Part shown: positions 49,469-59,152 of the stretch, one piece after another
Layout of the letters: each line of letters starts with the position of its first letter
How positions within the stretch are numbered: the first letter of the stretch is position 1
Source: a virus
DNA length: 64,000 bases
IMG/VR virus record: IMGVR_UViG_3300031519_004372
Coordinates: 1 to 64,000 of that record
Direction: 5' to 3' (one strand)
Notes under the pieces: model-generated
What the model was told of the DNA's origin: nothing
Databases searched by the model: none
What the model saw: the letters and a program-made list of their open reading frames with translations, nothing else
Made by a program: the position numbers and the translations under genes

Positions 49469-51078
49469 TATGTTGGTCCAACTTGTTGATTATCAGCTTT
49501 CTTTTGTGTAGGAGTTAACGGAGCTACAACACATTTCTTTTTCATAGTATCTTCAGTGGCGGCTTTCTTCTCAATTTCTTTAGCAGTAGCTGCAGCTGTT
49601 TTTGAAGTTGTACCCGAAGCTGTTGTACCTTTTGGATTTAATTTGTTTAAGGATATTGGATCTCCTCCGTTAGCAAGATCAGTACTACTATTGCTTGCTA
49701 AACTATCTGTTTTTGCCGGAGTGTGTTCTACCGGATCATAATTCTCATGTCCTGCCCATGGTTCAGCCTGTGGTGATCTAAACGGTAAGTTTGCTGTTTC
49801 AGCACCGGCTGCAACAGCTGCTGGTGGACCATTCATATCAATCTTAGTAGCAGTTTCTAAATGATGTTTGCTTGTAATATTAGTTGTTTTTCCTGCTGTA
49901 ATTTTTCCGTCTTCTCCTATAGAAATTTCCCAGTTTTTTGTAGAAGTTTGTCTAATAGTATTACCTACGTTTAAATCAAAATCTTTTCCAGCTTTTTGTC
50001 TAATATCAATTCCTGCTGTAAAGTTAATATCTCGTGCTGCTGAAAAGTTGATATCTCTATCAGCGGTTACATTATAATCATTTTCTGTATGCACACTTAC
50101 ACTGTCTTTTGCATAAATGTCAATTTTTCCGTTAGAGGTTAATTCAATCCAAGTTGTACCTCTAGCATTTCCAATGTAAATTAAATCTTCACTGTTGTGC
50201 AATAGTATTTGATGTCCTGTCCTTGTTTTTAAACGCACTAATTCGTTTTGTGGCAGCGTTGGATCGCCGCCTGTTTCTTTTTTCTCTACTGAAGTATACT
50301 CCGACTTTGAAGAAGCAGGTGATCCTTTACGCAAAAACGAAGCGTCACCGTCATCCATAACAAACGAGGATCCGCCAAGTCTACTAGATGGTGTTTGTGT
50401 TTGCTCGCCGGCGTTGCCGTAAGCTATTTTTGGTGCTCCTTTTCGACGATCATATGGCCCTGGCGTACTCATGCCAAACACCATACTAGGAACCTCTCTT
50501 CTAGCACTAGATGATGATAAACCTCTAGTATTATCTTCAATTAGTCCTGAATTTTTTAAAATTGCACATGCATCCATGTCGCACGGTTTTATAAATTGTG
50601 TAGGATCGCCCCCTTTGTGTTTTTTTAACCTTTTATTGTATTCGCCAACAGGAAGATTTTTTGTTTTGTCCTCTGAATTAAATGTTGTTCCGGCTCTGCC
50701 TGGAATCATAAAATTCATATAATCGTCAGGAACACATCCTATCCAATATCCTGCTCCGTGATTACCTTCAACAAATATCACTAATACTAAATTTCCAATG
50801 TCAGGCGGCACTGCCCACATTCCGTAGCTTTGTTGAGTGTTTGAAAAACCTTCATTTGCTGTTGTACCATTAAAAGGAGTTACTCCGTAAAAACCTGGAA
50901 GATATTTTACTTGAGTAGTTTGTCCTGTAGCTTCAGCATTGTTACCTTCTTCAGTTACTTTTAATAATTCAACTTCTAATCCGCCCATATAAGTCGTGTC
51001 AATATGACTAATTATTCTTGCTAGATAAGGTCCTGGGTTTCCAGTTAAATCTTCTGAAGTTCTTGTTAGCTGTGACAT
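49468..51078 (-). CDS. gp5: Baseplate central spike (gp5/VgrG-like OB-fold plus beta-helix)
   Basis: YGMWAVPPDIGNLVLVIFVEG..YWIGC (gp5 OB-fold); RTGHQILL..WIELTSNGKIDIY beta-helix repeats; adjacent to the PAAR gene. Confidence 0.8.
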   Translation of the reverse strand: MSQLTRTSEDLTGNPGPYLARIISHIDTTYMGGLEVELLKVTEEGNNAEATGQTTQVKYLPGFYGVTPFNGTTANEGFSNTQQSYGMWAVPPDIGNLVLVIFVEGNHGAGYWIGCVPDDYMNFMIPGRAGTTFNSEDKTKNLPVGEYNKRLKKHKGGDPTQFIKPCDMDACAILKNSGLIEDNTRGLSSSSARREVPSMVFGMSTPGPYDRRKGAPKIAYGNAGEQTQTPSSRLGGSSFVMDDGDASFLRKGSPASSKSEYTSVEKKETGGDPTLPQNELVRLKTRTGHQILLHNSEDLIYIGNARGTTWIELTSNGKIDIYAKDSVSVHTENDYNVTADRDINFSAARDINFTAGIDIRQKAGKDFDLNVGNTIRQTSTKNWEISIGEDGKITAGKTTNITSKHHLETATKIDMNGPPAAVAAGAETANLPFRSPQAEPWAGHENYDPVEHTPAKTDSLASNSSTDLANGGDPISLNKLNPKGTTASGTTSKTAAATAKEIEKKAATEDTMKKKCVVAPLTPTQKKADNQQVGPT

Positions 51079-51092
51079 TTAAAGTTCCTTTA

Positions 51093-53582
51093 TTATGATC
51101 CGGCGTCTATTTTATTAGTAGGAGAACCATCAGTGTATAATGCATTACCAGAACTTGCTGCAATAGCGCCTGCTTCTGGACCGTCTAGTCCTTGATTTTT
51201 TGGTTGTTTTATTTGTTCTTTAGTTAGTACTGGAGTTTTTTGGTCTTGATTACGTCTTCTAACTAAACTTAATGTTTGTTCAAACTTACCATCATTAAAG
51301 CTACTTTTTACACCAATACATTGGTAAAGTCCGCTAAATGATTTAGTAGGAGCAGATACTCCGCCAAAATCCATCCAACCATTTTCGCCAATATCAAATG
51401 GTGTTCTAAAATTTAATACAATATCAATTTCCGAACTTTGGTAATCCATACTGCCGTCTTTAGTAAGATTTATAAATTCCGTTTCTGCAGCTGTATAATT
51501 TCCTACACCTGAATCACACAGCCAGTAAGGGTCGCCCCAGATTTTTAAATCAACTTTAATTAAATCTGCAGGACTATCTAATAATGCACTATTAAATTTT
51601 CGAGCAACTTGGGTTTCGCTCCATTCTTGACCACCACCTCCGGTAGTAGTTGAATTATTTTTTATAACATCTTTTACTGTAGGAGATCCTTCACTAGTTG
51701 GGTTTGTATCGCCATCATTTTGTTTGTTTACTGCTTCTTTCTCTGCAACAGTTTTAGAAGATTGTGATGCTGTTTTAGAATCTTTTGAAGCTTGGCCTTT
51801 TTGTGCGCCAATCCCTACAAAAAATGCACTATCAAATTGAATGTCAAAATCTAATATATCTTTATTTTTACCAGTATAGATATAATTATATTCTTTTGGA
51901 GCTTGAGTACGAAGCTGTGCTAAATTTGGGGTTCGTTTAGTTATTGAAGCAAACCGAGAAGCATTTACTTTAAACGGAACTATTCTATATACAAAAGTTT
52001 TTGGATTAGCTCCTGTTGCATCAACTGTTTTTGGATCAGAAGTTTCATAAACTTGAGATTCAACTTTAAACCAGTCAACCATATTATATTGATCGGGTTT
52101 ATTAAGCCGTTCTTTTATGCCACGACCCCACTCACTTGCTATTATTACTTCTTCTATAATATCTTGAACTTTTGTGCCAGATGTAAATTGAAAAGATCTA
52201 GTAGTTGTTGGCTCTTGTACTTGAGCTCGACAAATAAGTCCTGTTTTTTTATCAGTACAAACATTAGGGCCTGGTTGCGGTTTTGTTCCAGAATCATTTT
52301 TAGATTTAACAATTTTTGATTTTCCTATTGCGTTTACGTTAATAGGATTTTCTGCAAATGTTCTAATAGCTTCTGAAACAGCCGAACGCTGAATTGTAAT
52401 TCCAAGTTGGGCTGAAATAGTTGATTCAAACTCAGACGGCATATTAGTAGCGCCAAGGCCTGCAATAGATTTAAATATTTCTAATTTTCTTTCTGCACTT
52501 AGATCTTTTACTTCACCTTCTTTAGGTGATTGAGTTGTTGCTCCTGTTGCACTTTCACTAGGCTTTCCTAGTAGTGATTCTGAAGCACTACTACGCTGTG
52601 TAGGAAACATTATAATATATTGATCTACTTTATTAGTTTGTTTTGCTTCTTTACTTTTAAGCAATCTAGTATTAAGGACAGTTGATAAACTTTTGCCACC
52701 GGACTGTAATAATTCTTGTACAGTATTTCCTGACAAGTTAACATCAGTTTTGGTTGCTTGTGTTTGATCTCCAAAAGACAAATCATTATATTTTATATAT
52801 GCTACATCGTAAGTACTTCCTTGCTCAGTTACATTAAAAGTACTGTTAATAACTTTAATTGGAAAATATCTAGTTGCTCCAGGAGCAACGCTTACGTTTC
52901 CAAAGTCGTCCCATCCTTTAAAGTGCAAAGATAACATCATTGGAGCATCTATATAGTTTTTATGTCCACATTTTAAAGCAGCAACTTGTAAGGTTTCGTA
53001 AAATAGCCCCATACTATAAGGTTCAAAAATCTTAAACGAACCGGTTATTGCATCAGCTTGCTTTGTTCCTTTATTATGAGTAACAATTGTTTCTATTTCA
53101 ACATCGTCAATAAAAAATTCAACTGCTCCTTTACCTAATTCAGTAGCTGTTTTTACTTTTGCAGATCCAGAACCACCCGAACGACAAATAATATTTTTTG
53201 GTCCTGTTAATCGATAAGTTGCATCTGGCCTATTTATTTCGTCGACTGTTAAACAAGACAATGTCCATATATAATTAACTGACGCATATTTTTCTAAAAC
53301 ATTATTAAAAGGGAGCGAAGGTTGTAGGCTATTAATTTGCCTGTTTTTAATCGCGCCTGCTAACAAAGAAGCTGCTACTGTTGGTATCATTGAAGATTTA
53401 GAAGCAATTGCTCCATCTAAATCTGCCATGGATCCTTCAACTGCACTTTTAAGTCCATTAATATCAATATTAGCAGAATTTATAATATTAGACACATCTT
53501 TAGCAATTCCATTAAGAGACGTAGTAATATTACCTGCGGCTGTTTTTATACTTTGGCCTAAACTGTTTGTAATAGTTGCCAA
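51093..53582 (-). CDS. Probable baseplate hub protein (gp27-position)
   Basis: TTG start after a GGGGG RBS; sits between the gp53-like and gp5-like genes; C-terminal IWGDPYWL and FSGLYQCIGVKSSF..GKFEQTL hub-like motifs. Confidence 0.55.
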   Translation of the reverse strand: MATITNSLGQSIKTAAGNITTSLNGIAKDVSNIINSANIDINGLKSAVEGSMADLDGAIASKSSMIPTVAASLLAGAIKNRQINSLQPSLPFNNVLEKYASVNYIWTLSCLTVDEINRPDATYRLTGPKNIICRSGGSGSAKVKTATELGKGAVEFFIDDVEIETIVTHNKGTKQADAITGSFKIFEPYSMGLFYETLQVAALKCGHKNYIDAPMMLSLHFKGWDDFGNVSVAPGATRYFPIKVINSTFNVTEQGSTYDVAYIKYNDLSFGDQTQATKTDVNLSGNTVQELLQSGGKSLSTVLNTRLLKSKEAKQTNKVDQYIIMFPTQRSSASESLLGKPSESATGATTQSPKEGEVKDLSAERKLEIFKSIAGLGATNMPSEFESTISAQLGITIQRSAVSEAIRTFAENPINVNAIGKSKIVKSKNDSGTKPQPGPNVCTDKKTGLICRAQVQEPTTTRSFQFTSGTKVQDIIEEVIIASEWGRGIKERLNKPDQYNMVDWFKVESQVYETSDPKTVDATGANPKTFVYRIVPFKVNASRFASITKRTPNLAQLRTQAPKEYNYIYTGKNKDILDFDIQFDSAFFVGIGAQKGQASKDSKTASQSSKTVAEKEAVNKQNDGDTNPTSEGSPTVKDVIKNNSTTTGGGGQEWSETQVARKFNSALLDSPADLIKVDLKIWGDPYWLCDSGVGNYTAAETEFINLTKDGSMDYQSSEIDIVLNFRTPFDIGENGWMDFGGVSAPTKSFSGLYQCIGVKSSFNDGKFEQTLSLVRRRNQDQKTPVLTKEQIKQPKNQGLDGPEAGAIAASSGNALYTDGSPTNKIDAGS

Positions 53583-53583
53583 G

Positions 53584-53886
53584 TTAACCCCCTAGTAATT
53601 CTGTTATTTTTGCGCCTTGTGGCAAATATATTTTTGTACCTATATTCATATCATACACCGGGTCTTTAAGTATATTCATGTTTCGTTGTGCAAATATCCA
53701 CCACAACTTAGGCGACCCATATAAATCATATGCTAAAAGATCTGGCCTATGTTGATACTGAGATTCAATTGTATATACAATGTCGTCATCATATGCAGGT
53801 ACTGGTCTAATTTTTAAAAACCCTAAATATTGTCCATTGATAATATCTGTGTTTGCATATGGACTTTCGTTATTATAATTAGCCAT
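53584..53886 (-). CDS. gp53: Baseplate wedge protein gp53-like (LysM-like)
   Basis: YQHRPDLLAYDLYGSPKLWWIF..N...DP....G.KIYLP. Confidence 0.8.
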   Translation of the reverse strand: MANYNNESPYANTDIINGQYLGFLKIRPVPAYDDDIVYTIESQYQHRPDLLAYDLYGSPKLWWIFAQRNMNILKDPVYDMNIGTKIYLPQGAKITELLGG

Positions 53887-54713
53887 TAAATAAACCCATC
53901 CAATCCTTTGCCGTTAACAAATGCATCTAAACTAAACTGTGCCACTCTACGTCTACTGTAAATTGGCTGAACTGTTACTGATATTATACTTGAAACAGGT
54001 ACCCACGAACCGTGTGGACCAATATCTACTCTTATATAATCGACATCTGGTTCTAAGTTTAATGTAAAGTTTGTAGCTACTACTGGCACATTTGGTAAAA
54101 CATAATCCCCATATCCTGTAAGTTTAACTACAGGCGGTGGTGATCCTTGGTTTGAAGTGTCACCGTATGCCATTTTTGTTATAGATCTAAGATAATGAAC
54201 AGCAGCAATCCAATATAACCCTTCTGTAGCATTTTCTATTAAAAAAGGAGAAATTATAGTCATTGCTTTCGGATCTGAGTTCTGATAAGCAAAATAAGGA
54301 TAATTACTATGTACAGGAGATACTTGATTATATCCAGCATCGTGTTGCATCATTATTTGGGGAGTATATGGAAAGACTAAACCATTTGTTTCAGCTAACG
54401 GAGCTAATAAAGGACTACTTTCCATTGTTGGAGGAATACTTAATTTGACTCGCCAATCGTGTTCTGCAGAAGAACTCCAAGTTCCATCAGTAAATGATTT
54501 AGGTTTTGGATTAGCTCCAGATAATAAATTTATCATCCGAGCGGCTTTGCCAAATCCTGTATCAGATAAAAAGTCTGATACATTTTGTTTAATGGTTCCT
54601 ACAAGTCCTTCGCCAACATTTAAGTTAGAGCCGACAGTTTCTGCAACACTTGCTGCTGCATTAGATAATTGTCCGACTGCGGCTGCTCGAACTGTTGAAA
54701 AATTTGGTGGCAT
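53886..54713 (-). CDS. Tail tube initiator / baseplate-tube junction protein (gp48/gp54-like)
   Basis: GLVFPYTPQI, PPPVVKLTGYGDYVLPNVPVVATNF; position in the baseplate cluster. Confidence 0.6.
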   Translation of the reverse strand: MPPNFSTVRAAAVGQLSNAAASVAETVGSNLNVGEGLVGTIKQNVSDFLSDTGFGKAARMINLLSGANPKPKSFTDGTWSSSAEHDWRVKLSIPPTMESSPLLAPLAETNGLVFPYTPQIMMQHDAGYNQVSPVHSNYPYFAYQNSDPKAMTIISPFLIENATEGLYWIAAVHYLRSITKMAYGDTSNQGSPPPVVKLTGYGDYVLPNVPVVATNFTLNLEPDVDYIRVDIGPHGSWVPVSSIISVTVQPIYSRRRVAQFSLDAFVNGKGLDGFI

Positions 54714-54742
54714 AATTTTGGATACTCCTATACATTATTTAG

Positions 54743-54771
54743 TTGACAAAATTAAGTACATAGTTTATAAT
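54743..54771 (+). promoter_or_regulatory. Consensus sigma70 promoter for gp55
   Basis: TTGACA (54743-54748), 17 nt, TATAAT (54766-54771), then GGAG and ATG 54793. Confidence 0.9.
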
Positions 54772-54792
54772 AGAGTATAACCTGGAGATAAA

Positions 54793-55629
54793 ATGAAAAA
54801 AGTAAATTATTTAAACAATAAAGACATATTATTAGAAATACACAAGTCAAAAAGTGCATTTAGCAGTTACACAGAATCAACGTTTCACCAATATGATATA
54901 ATTTTACCTACTATAGATAAGATTAACATACGTACTATTGCAGAAGCTAAACGAAATAAAGCAAAACGATTAGGTCTTGCAGAATATAATCAGAAAAAAG
55001 CCGATGGTATTAAGGTAAAACTTGCAGAATGCGAAGTAGATTACAGGAAAATAACAAAAGAAGAAATAATTTTTAGAATTATGTCTTTTGAGCATATTCC
55101 GGAAGAAAAAGGTAGAAAGAAGAATCCTAAGACTGTAGCAGATACTAGAGTTAAACTTAACTTTCCTCCATACCAACACTATAAATTTAACGAAGCTGGT
55201 GAGTTAGTAGTTGTTGGCAAAAGTCATTGGACAGGTGGAATGGAAAACGGATATTTTTCTAAAAGTGAAGGACAAGCTACACCTAAACTTGCTAATATGT
55301 GGATTAAGTTATGTGAACGATATGCTACAAGAGGTAATGTACGCGGCTATACATACAACGACGAAATGAAGGGACAAGCAATCTTACAATTAGCACAAAT
55401 TGGATTACAATTTGATGAGTCAAAGTCAGATAACCCATTTGCATACTATACCGCAGCTGTAACAAATAGCTTTGTTCGAGTTATTAACTTAGAGAAACGT
55501 AATCAAAATATTAGAGATGATATATTAGAACAGAACGGAATGGATCCTAGTTATACTAGACAACATGCAGGTGAATGGGAAGCCTATATGAAACGAGAAG
55601 CAGATCATAAAAATAAAGTTAATACTTAG
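54793..55629 (+). CDS. gp55: Phage sigma factor for late transcription (gp55-like)
   Basis: VNYLNNKD, YTYNDEMKGQAILQL...FD..KSDNPFAYYTAAVTNSF; located directly upstream of gp47/gp46 as in T4. Confidence 0.85.
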   Translation: MKKVNYLNNKDILLEIHKSKSAFSSYTESTFHQYDIILPTIDKINIRTIAEAKRNKAKRLGLAEYNQKKADGIKVKLAECEVDYRKITKEEIIFRIMSFEHIPEEKGRKKNPKTVADTRVKLNFPPYQHYKFNEAGELVVVGKSHWTGGMENGYFSKSEGQATPKLANMWIKLCERYATRGNVRGYTYNDEMKGQAILQLAQIGLQFDESKSDNPFAYYTAAVTNSFVRVINLEKRNQNIRDDILEQNGMDPSYTRQHAGEWEAYMKREADHKNKVNT

Positions 55630-55636
55630 ATTACTG

Positions 55637-55665
55637 TTGACTTTATTAAGAAAATGTAGTATAAT
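55637..55665 (+). promoter_or_regulatory. sigma70 promoter for gp47/gp46
   Basis: TTGACT (55637-55642), 17 nt, TATAAT (55660-55665). Confidence 0.85.
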
Positions 55666-55690
55666 AAAATAAACGTAAAGAGGATTAAAT

Positions 55691-56701
55691 TTGTTTAAGA
55701 AAGCTGCGGTTTTTACTGACATCCATTTAGGATTAAAAGGAAACAGTAAAGTTCATAATGACGACTGCGAAGATTTCGTTGATTGGTACATAGAACAAGC
55801 ACAAGCTGCCGGTTGCGAAACCGGTATCTTTTGCGGAGATTGGCACCATAATAGAAATTCGCTTAATCTTACAACTATGGATGCTACTATTCGATGTATG
55901 GAGAAGCTAGGAGCCGCTTTTGAGCAGTTTTTCTTCTTTGATGGCAACCATGATTTGTACTATAAAGATAAACGTGATGTTAATAGTACTGCTTTTGCTA
56001 AACATATACCCGGAATTACTTTTATTGATGAAATTACCACAATTGAAGATGTAACTATTGTTCCTTGGCTTGTTGGTGAAGAATGGAAGAAACTTAAAAA
56101 TTTAAAAAGTAAATATGTGTTTGGTCATTTTGAACTTCCTAGCTTTTATATGAATGCTATGGTACAAATGCCTGATCATGGTGACTTACATGCAGAAGAC
56201 TTTGTTAATCAAAAATATGTTTTTAGTGGTCACTTCCATAAACGTCAGCAACAAGGAGTAGTACATTACTTAGGTAATGCGTTTCCACACAATTATGCTG
56301 ATGCATGGGATGACGACCGTGGCATGATGATACTTGATAGAGAAAACGATGCTGAGCCTGTTTACCTTAACTGGACAGATTGTCCTAAATATCGTACAGT
56401 AAAACTTAGTCAACTAATAGACCCGGCTCAAACTATTATTAAAAGTAAAATGTACTTGCGTGTTACAATTGATGTTCCTATTAGTTTTGAAGAAGCTAGT
56501 TTTATTAAAGAGACATTTATTAATCAACATAAATGTAGAGAAATTTCACTTATTCCACAAAAACAAGTTGAAGAAATATCTACACAATTAGATATTCAAC
56601 AATTCGAAAGTGTTGATCAAATTGTTGCTGGTGAAATAGCAGCAATTGATTCGGAAAACTTTAATAAAAAAACCCTTATGGACATTTATAGCGACTTATG
56701 A
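55691..56701 (+). CDS. gp47: Recombination endonuclease subunit (Mre11/SbcD-like)
   Basis: Metallophosphoesterase motifs DIH, GDWHH, GNHD, GHFE and SGHFH; TTG start after GAGGA. Confidence 0.92.
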   Translation: MFKKAAVFTDIHLGLKGNSKVHNDDCEDFVDWYIEQAQAAGCETGIFCGDWHHNRNSLNLTTMDATIRCMEKLGAAFEQFFFFDGNHDLYYKDKRDVNSTAFAKHIPGITFIDEITTIEDVTIVPWLVGEEWKKLKNLKSKYVFGHFELPSFYMNAMVQMPDHGDLHAEDFVNQKYVFSGHFHKRQQQGVVHYLGNAFPHNYADAWDDDRGMMILDRENDAEPVYLNWTDCPKYRTVKLSQLIDPAQTIIKSKMYLRVTIDVPISFEEASFIKETFINQHKCREISLIPQKQVEEISTQLDIQQFESVDQIVAGEIAAIDSENFNKKTLMDIYSDL

Positions 56702-58470
56702 TAGAACTTAAAGATCTCACAGTAAAAAACTTTATGAGTGTGGGCAACCAAACTCAAGCAGTTGACTTTAATCAACAACAATTAACATTGGTGTTAGGAG
56801 AAAACTTAGATCAAGGCGGTGACGATAGCGGATCACGTAACGGTACAGGTAAGACTACTATTATTAATGCATTGTCGTATGCATTATACGGGCAAGCACT
56901 AACTAATATTAAACGAAATAACCTTATTAACAAAACTAACAGTAAAGGCATGTTAGTTACATTACATTTTGAAAAGAATGGTGTTAATTATCGTATTGAA
57001 CGTGGTCGTTCACCTAATGTACTCAAGTTCTTTGTTAATGAGCACGAACAAGAAATGACAGACGAGTCGCAAGGCGATAGTCGTAAAACACAAGAATTCA
57101 TTAACGAGTTGTTAGATATGTCGCATGATATGTTTAAACACATTGTTGCATTAAATACATATACAGAACCTTTTTTAAGCATGCGTCAAAATGATCAACG
57201 TGCTATCATTGAACAGTTGCTAGGTATTACTATTCTTAGTGAGAAAGCAGAAGCCCTTAAAGAACAAACACGAAAAACTAAAGATGCTATCCAAGAAGAA
57301 ACATTAAAAATTAATGCTATTCAAACTGCTAACGAAAAAATTAATGCAACGATTGAAAATTTAAAAGGTACGCAACGTGCTTGGTTATCTAAAAAAGGAC
57401 AAAGTGTTAATAAACTACAACTAGGATTATCTGAATTAGAACACGTAGATATTAATATAGAATTAGAGTTGCACGAACAACTTTCAAATTGGACACAACA
57501 TAATAATTCTATTTTGGCTCTTAATAAAGAAAAAAGCACGTTAGAAACTGCACAAGTACGTGCAAAAGCTAGTGTTGAAAAAGTACAAAAAGACATTGCA
57601 AACCTTGAAGAAGCTACTTGTTATACCTGCGGTCAATCACTTCATGCAGACAAAAAACAAGAAATTCTTGACAAGAAGATGAAAGAGTTGCAAGATGCAG
57701 ACACATATTATTTAGAAATTAATACAAAACTAACTGATGTATTAGACGGTCTTAATAAGATTGGTGATATTAACGGAAAGCCTACTACATTTTATGAAAC
57801 TGCTAAAGAAGCATACGATCATAGAACTAATGTAGATAGTTTAAAACAAGCATTAACTAGTAAGGAACAAGAAATAGATCCTTACCAAACACAGATCGAT
57901 GAGCTTACTGCAACAGCAATGCAAAATATTGATTGGTCTCCAGTTAATGACCTTACAGATTATAAAGATCATCAGGACTTCTTGTTAAAGCTACTTACAA
58001 ACAAAGATAGTTTCATTCGTAAGAAGATTATTGATCAGAACCTAGCATACTTAAACAACAGACTTACTTATTTCTTAGATAAATTAGGATTACCACATCA
58101 AGTTGTATTTCAAAACGATCTAACTGTTGAAATTACACAACTTGGTCAAGACTTAGACTTTGATAACTTGTCAAGAGGCGAACGTAACAGACTTATTCTT
58201 GGTATGAGCTTTGCATTCCGTGATGTTTGGGAGAGTTTATATCAAAAGATTAACTTGTTGTTCATTGATGAGTTAATTGATAGTGGTATGGACACTGCTG
58301 GTGTTGAAGGAGCTCTTGCTGTACTTAAAAAGATGGGTCGTGAAGGTGACAAAAATGTTTACCTTATTTCGCACAAAGATGAGTTAATAGGCAGAGTTAA
58401 TCATGTTATGCGTGTTGTTAAAGAAAACGGATTTACTAGTTACGCAAATGATATTGATATTGTAGAGTAG
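56698..58470 (+). CDS. gp46: Recombination ATPase subunit (Rad50/SbcC-like)
   Basis: Walker A (RNGTGKTT), coiled coil with CYTC zinc hook, signature LSRGE, Walker B LLFIDE and ISH. Confidence 0.93.
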   Translation: MIELKDLTVKNFMSVGNQTQAVDFNQQQLTLVLGENLDQGGDDSGSRNGTGKTTIINALSYALYGQALTNIKRNNLINKTNSKGMLVTLHFEKNGVNYRIERGRSPNVLKFFVNEHEQEMTDESQGDSRKTQEFINELLDMSHDMFKHIVALNTYTEPFLSMRQNDQRAIIEQLLGITILSEKAEALKEQTRKTKDAIQEETLKINAIQTANEKINATIENLKGTQRAWLSKKGQSVNKLQLGLSELEHVDINIELELHEQLSNWTQHNNSILALNKEKSTLETAQVRAKASVEKVQKDIANLEEATCYTCGQSLHADKKQEILDKKMKELQDADTYYLEINTKLTDVLDGLNKIGDINGKPTTFYETAKEAYDHRTNVDSLKQALTSKEQEIDPYQTQIDELTATAMQNIDWSPVNDLTDYKDHQDFLLKLLTNKDSFIRKKIIDQNLAYLNNRLTYFLDKLGLPHQVVFQNDLTVEITQLGQDLDFDNLSRGERNRLILGMSFAFRDVWESLYQKINLLFIDELIDSGMDTAGVEGALAVLKKMGREGDKNVYLISHKDELIGRVNHVMRVVKENGFTSYANDIDIVE

Positions 58471-58483
58471 GTAAAAAAATCTA

Positions 58484-58684
58484 ATGGAAGACGATACACA
58501 CGATCAATTAACTAAAGCATACTTAGAATATTTTAAGGCAAACGAGAAATTTGAGGCAAAGTTATCAATTCGAACCCATGCATCAAGCAGACGCTGGTTA
58601 AGAAAAATTAGAGAATTAGCAAAATTAAGGCAAGAAGAAATACATCAGATGTATAAAACCAAGAAAGAGGCTGAAAAGCAATAG
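58484..58684 (+). CDS. Small basic helical protein (possibly nucleoid/DNA-binding)
   Basis: 66 aa, Lys/Arg-rich; NEKFE...SRRWL..I.ELAKLRQEEI loosely recalls histone-H1-like (Hc1) phage proteins. Confidence 0.5.
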   Translation: MEDDTHDQLTKAYLEYFKANEKFEAKLSIRTHASSRRWLRKIRELAKLRQEEIHQMYKTKKEAEKQ

Positions 58685-58702
58685 GCAACGATAAGTATAC
58701 TC

Positions 58703-59152
58703 ATGCAGTGGACTTATCAAGGTAACACAATAGACGAAATACCAAACGAGTATGAAGGCTTTGTTTATCTTATTACCAACACCACTACAGGTCAAAAATA
58801 CATAGGCAAGAAACTAGCAAAGTTTAAAACTACTAAGCCACCACTCAAAGGCAAGAAAAATAAACGTCGCGGAACTAAAGAAAGTGACTGGAGAGAATAC
58901 TATGGCTCCAGTGATAGACTGAACGCAGACGTTGTAACACTAGGCGCAGATAAATTTACACGAGAAATACTATACCTATGTAAAGGTAGGGGCGAAATGT
59001 CCTACATAGAGGCAAGAGAGCAGTTTGATAGGCGAGTACTTGAAACAGATGATTACTATAATGGTATTATTAATGTTAGAGTCGGCGGATCAGACAAACT
59101 CAAACAGGCATTACTAGAATACCACATACAGGCAAAACAAACCAACACTTAA
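58703..59152 (+). CDS. Short GIY-YIG family nuclease (Seg-like catalytic domain only)
   Basis: GFVYLITN...KYIGKK, YYGSS, E in MSYIEAREQ, and YYNG; 149 aa. Confidence 0.85.
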   Translation: MQWTYQGNTIDEIPNEYEGFVYLITNTTTGQKYIGKKLAKFKTTKPPLKGKKNKRRGTKESDWREYYGSSDRLNADVVTLGADKFTREILYLCKGRGEMSYIEAREQFDRRVLETDDYYNGIINVRVGGSDKLKQALLEYHIQAKQTNT

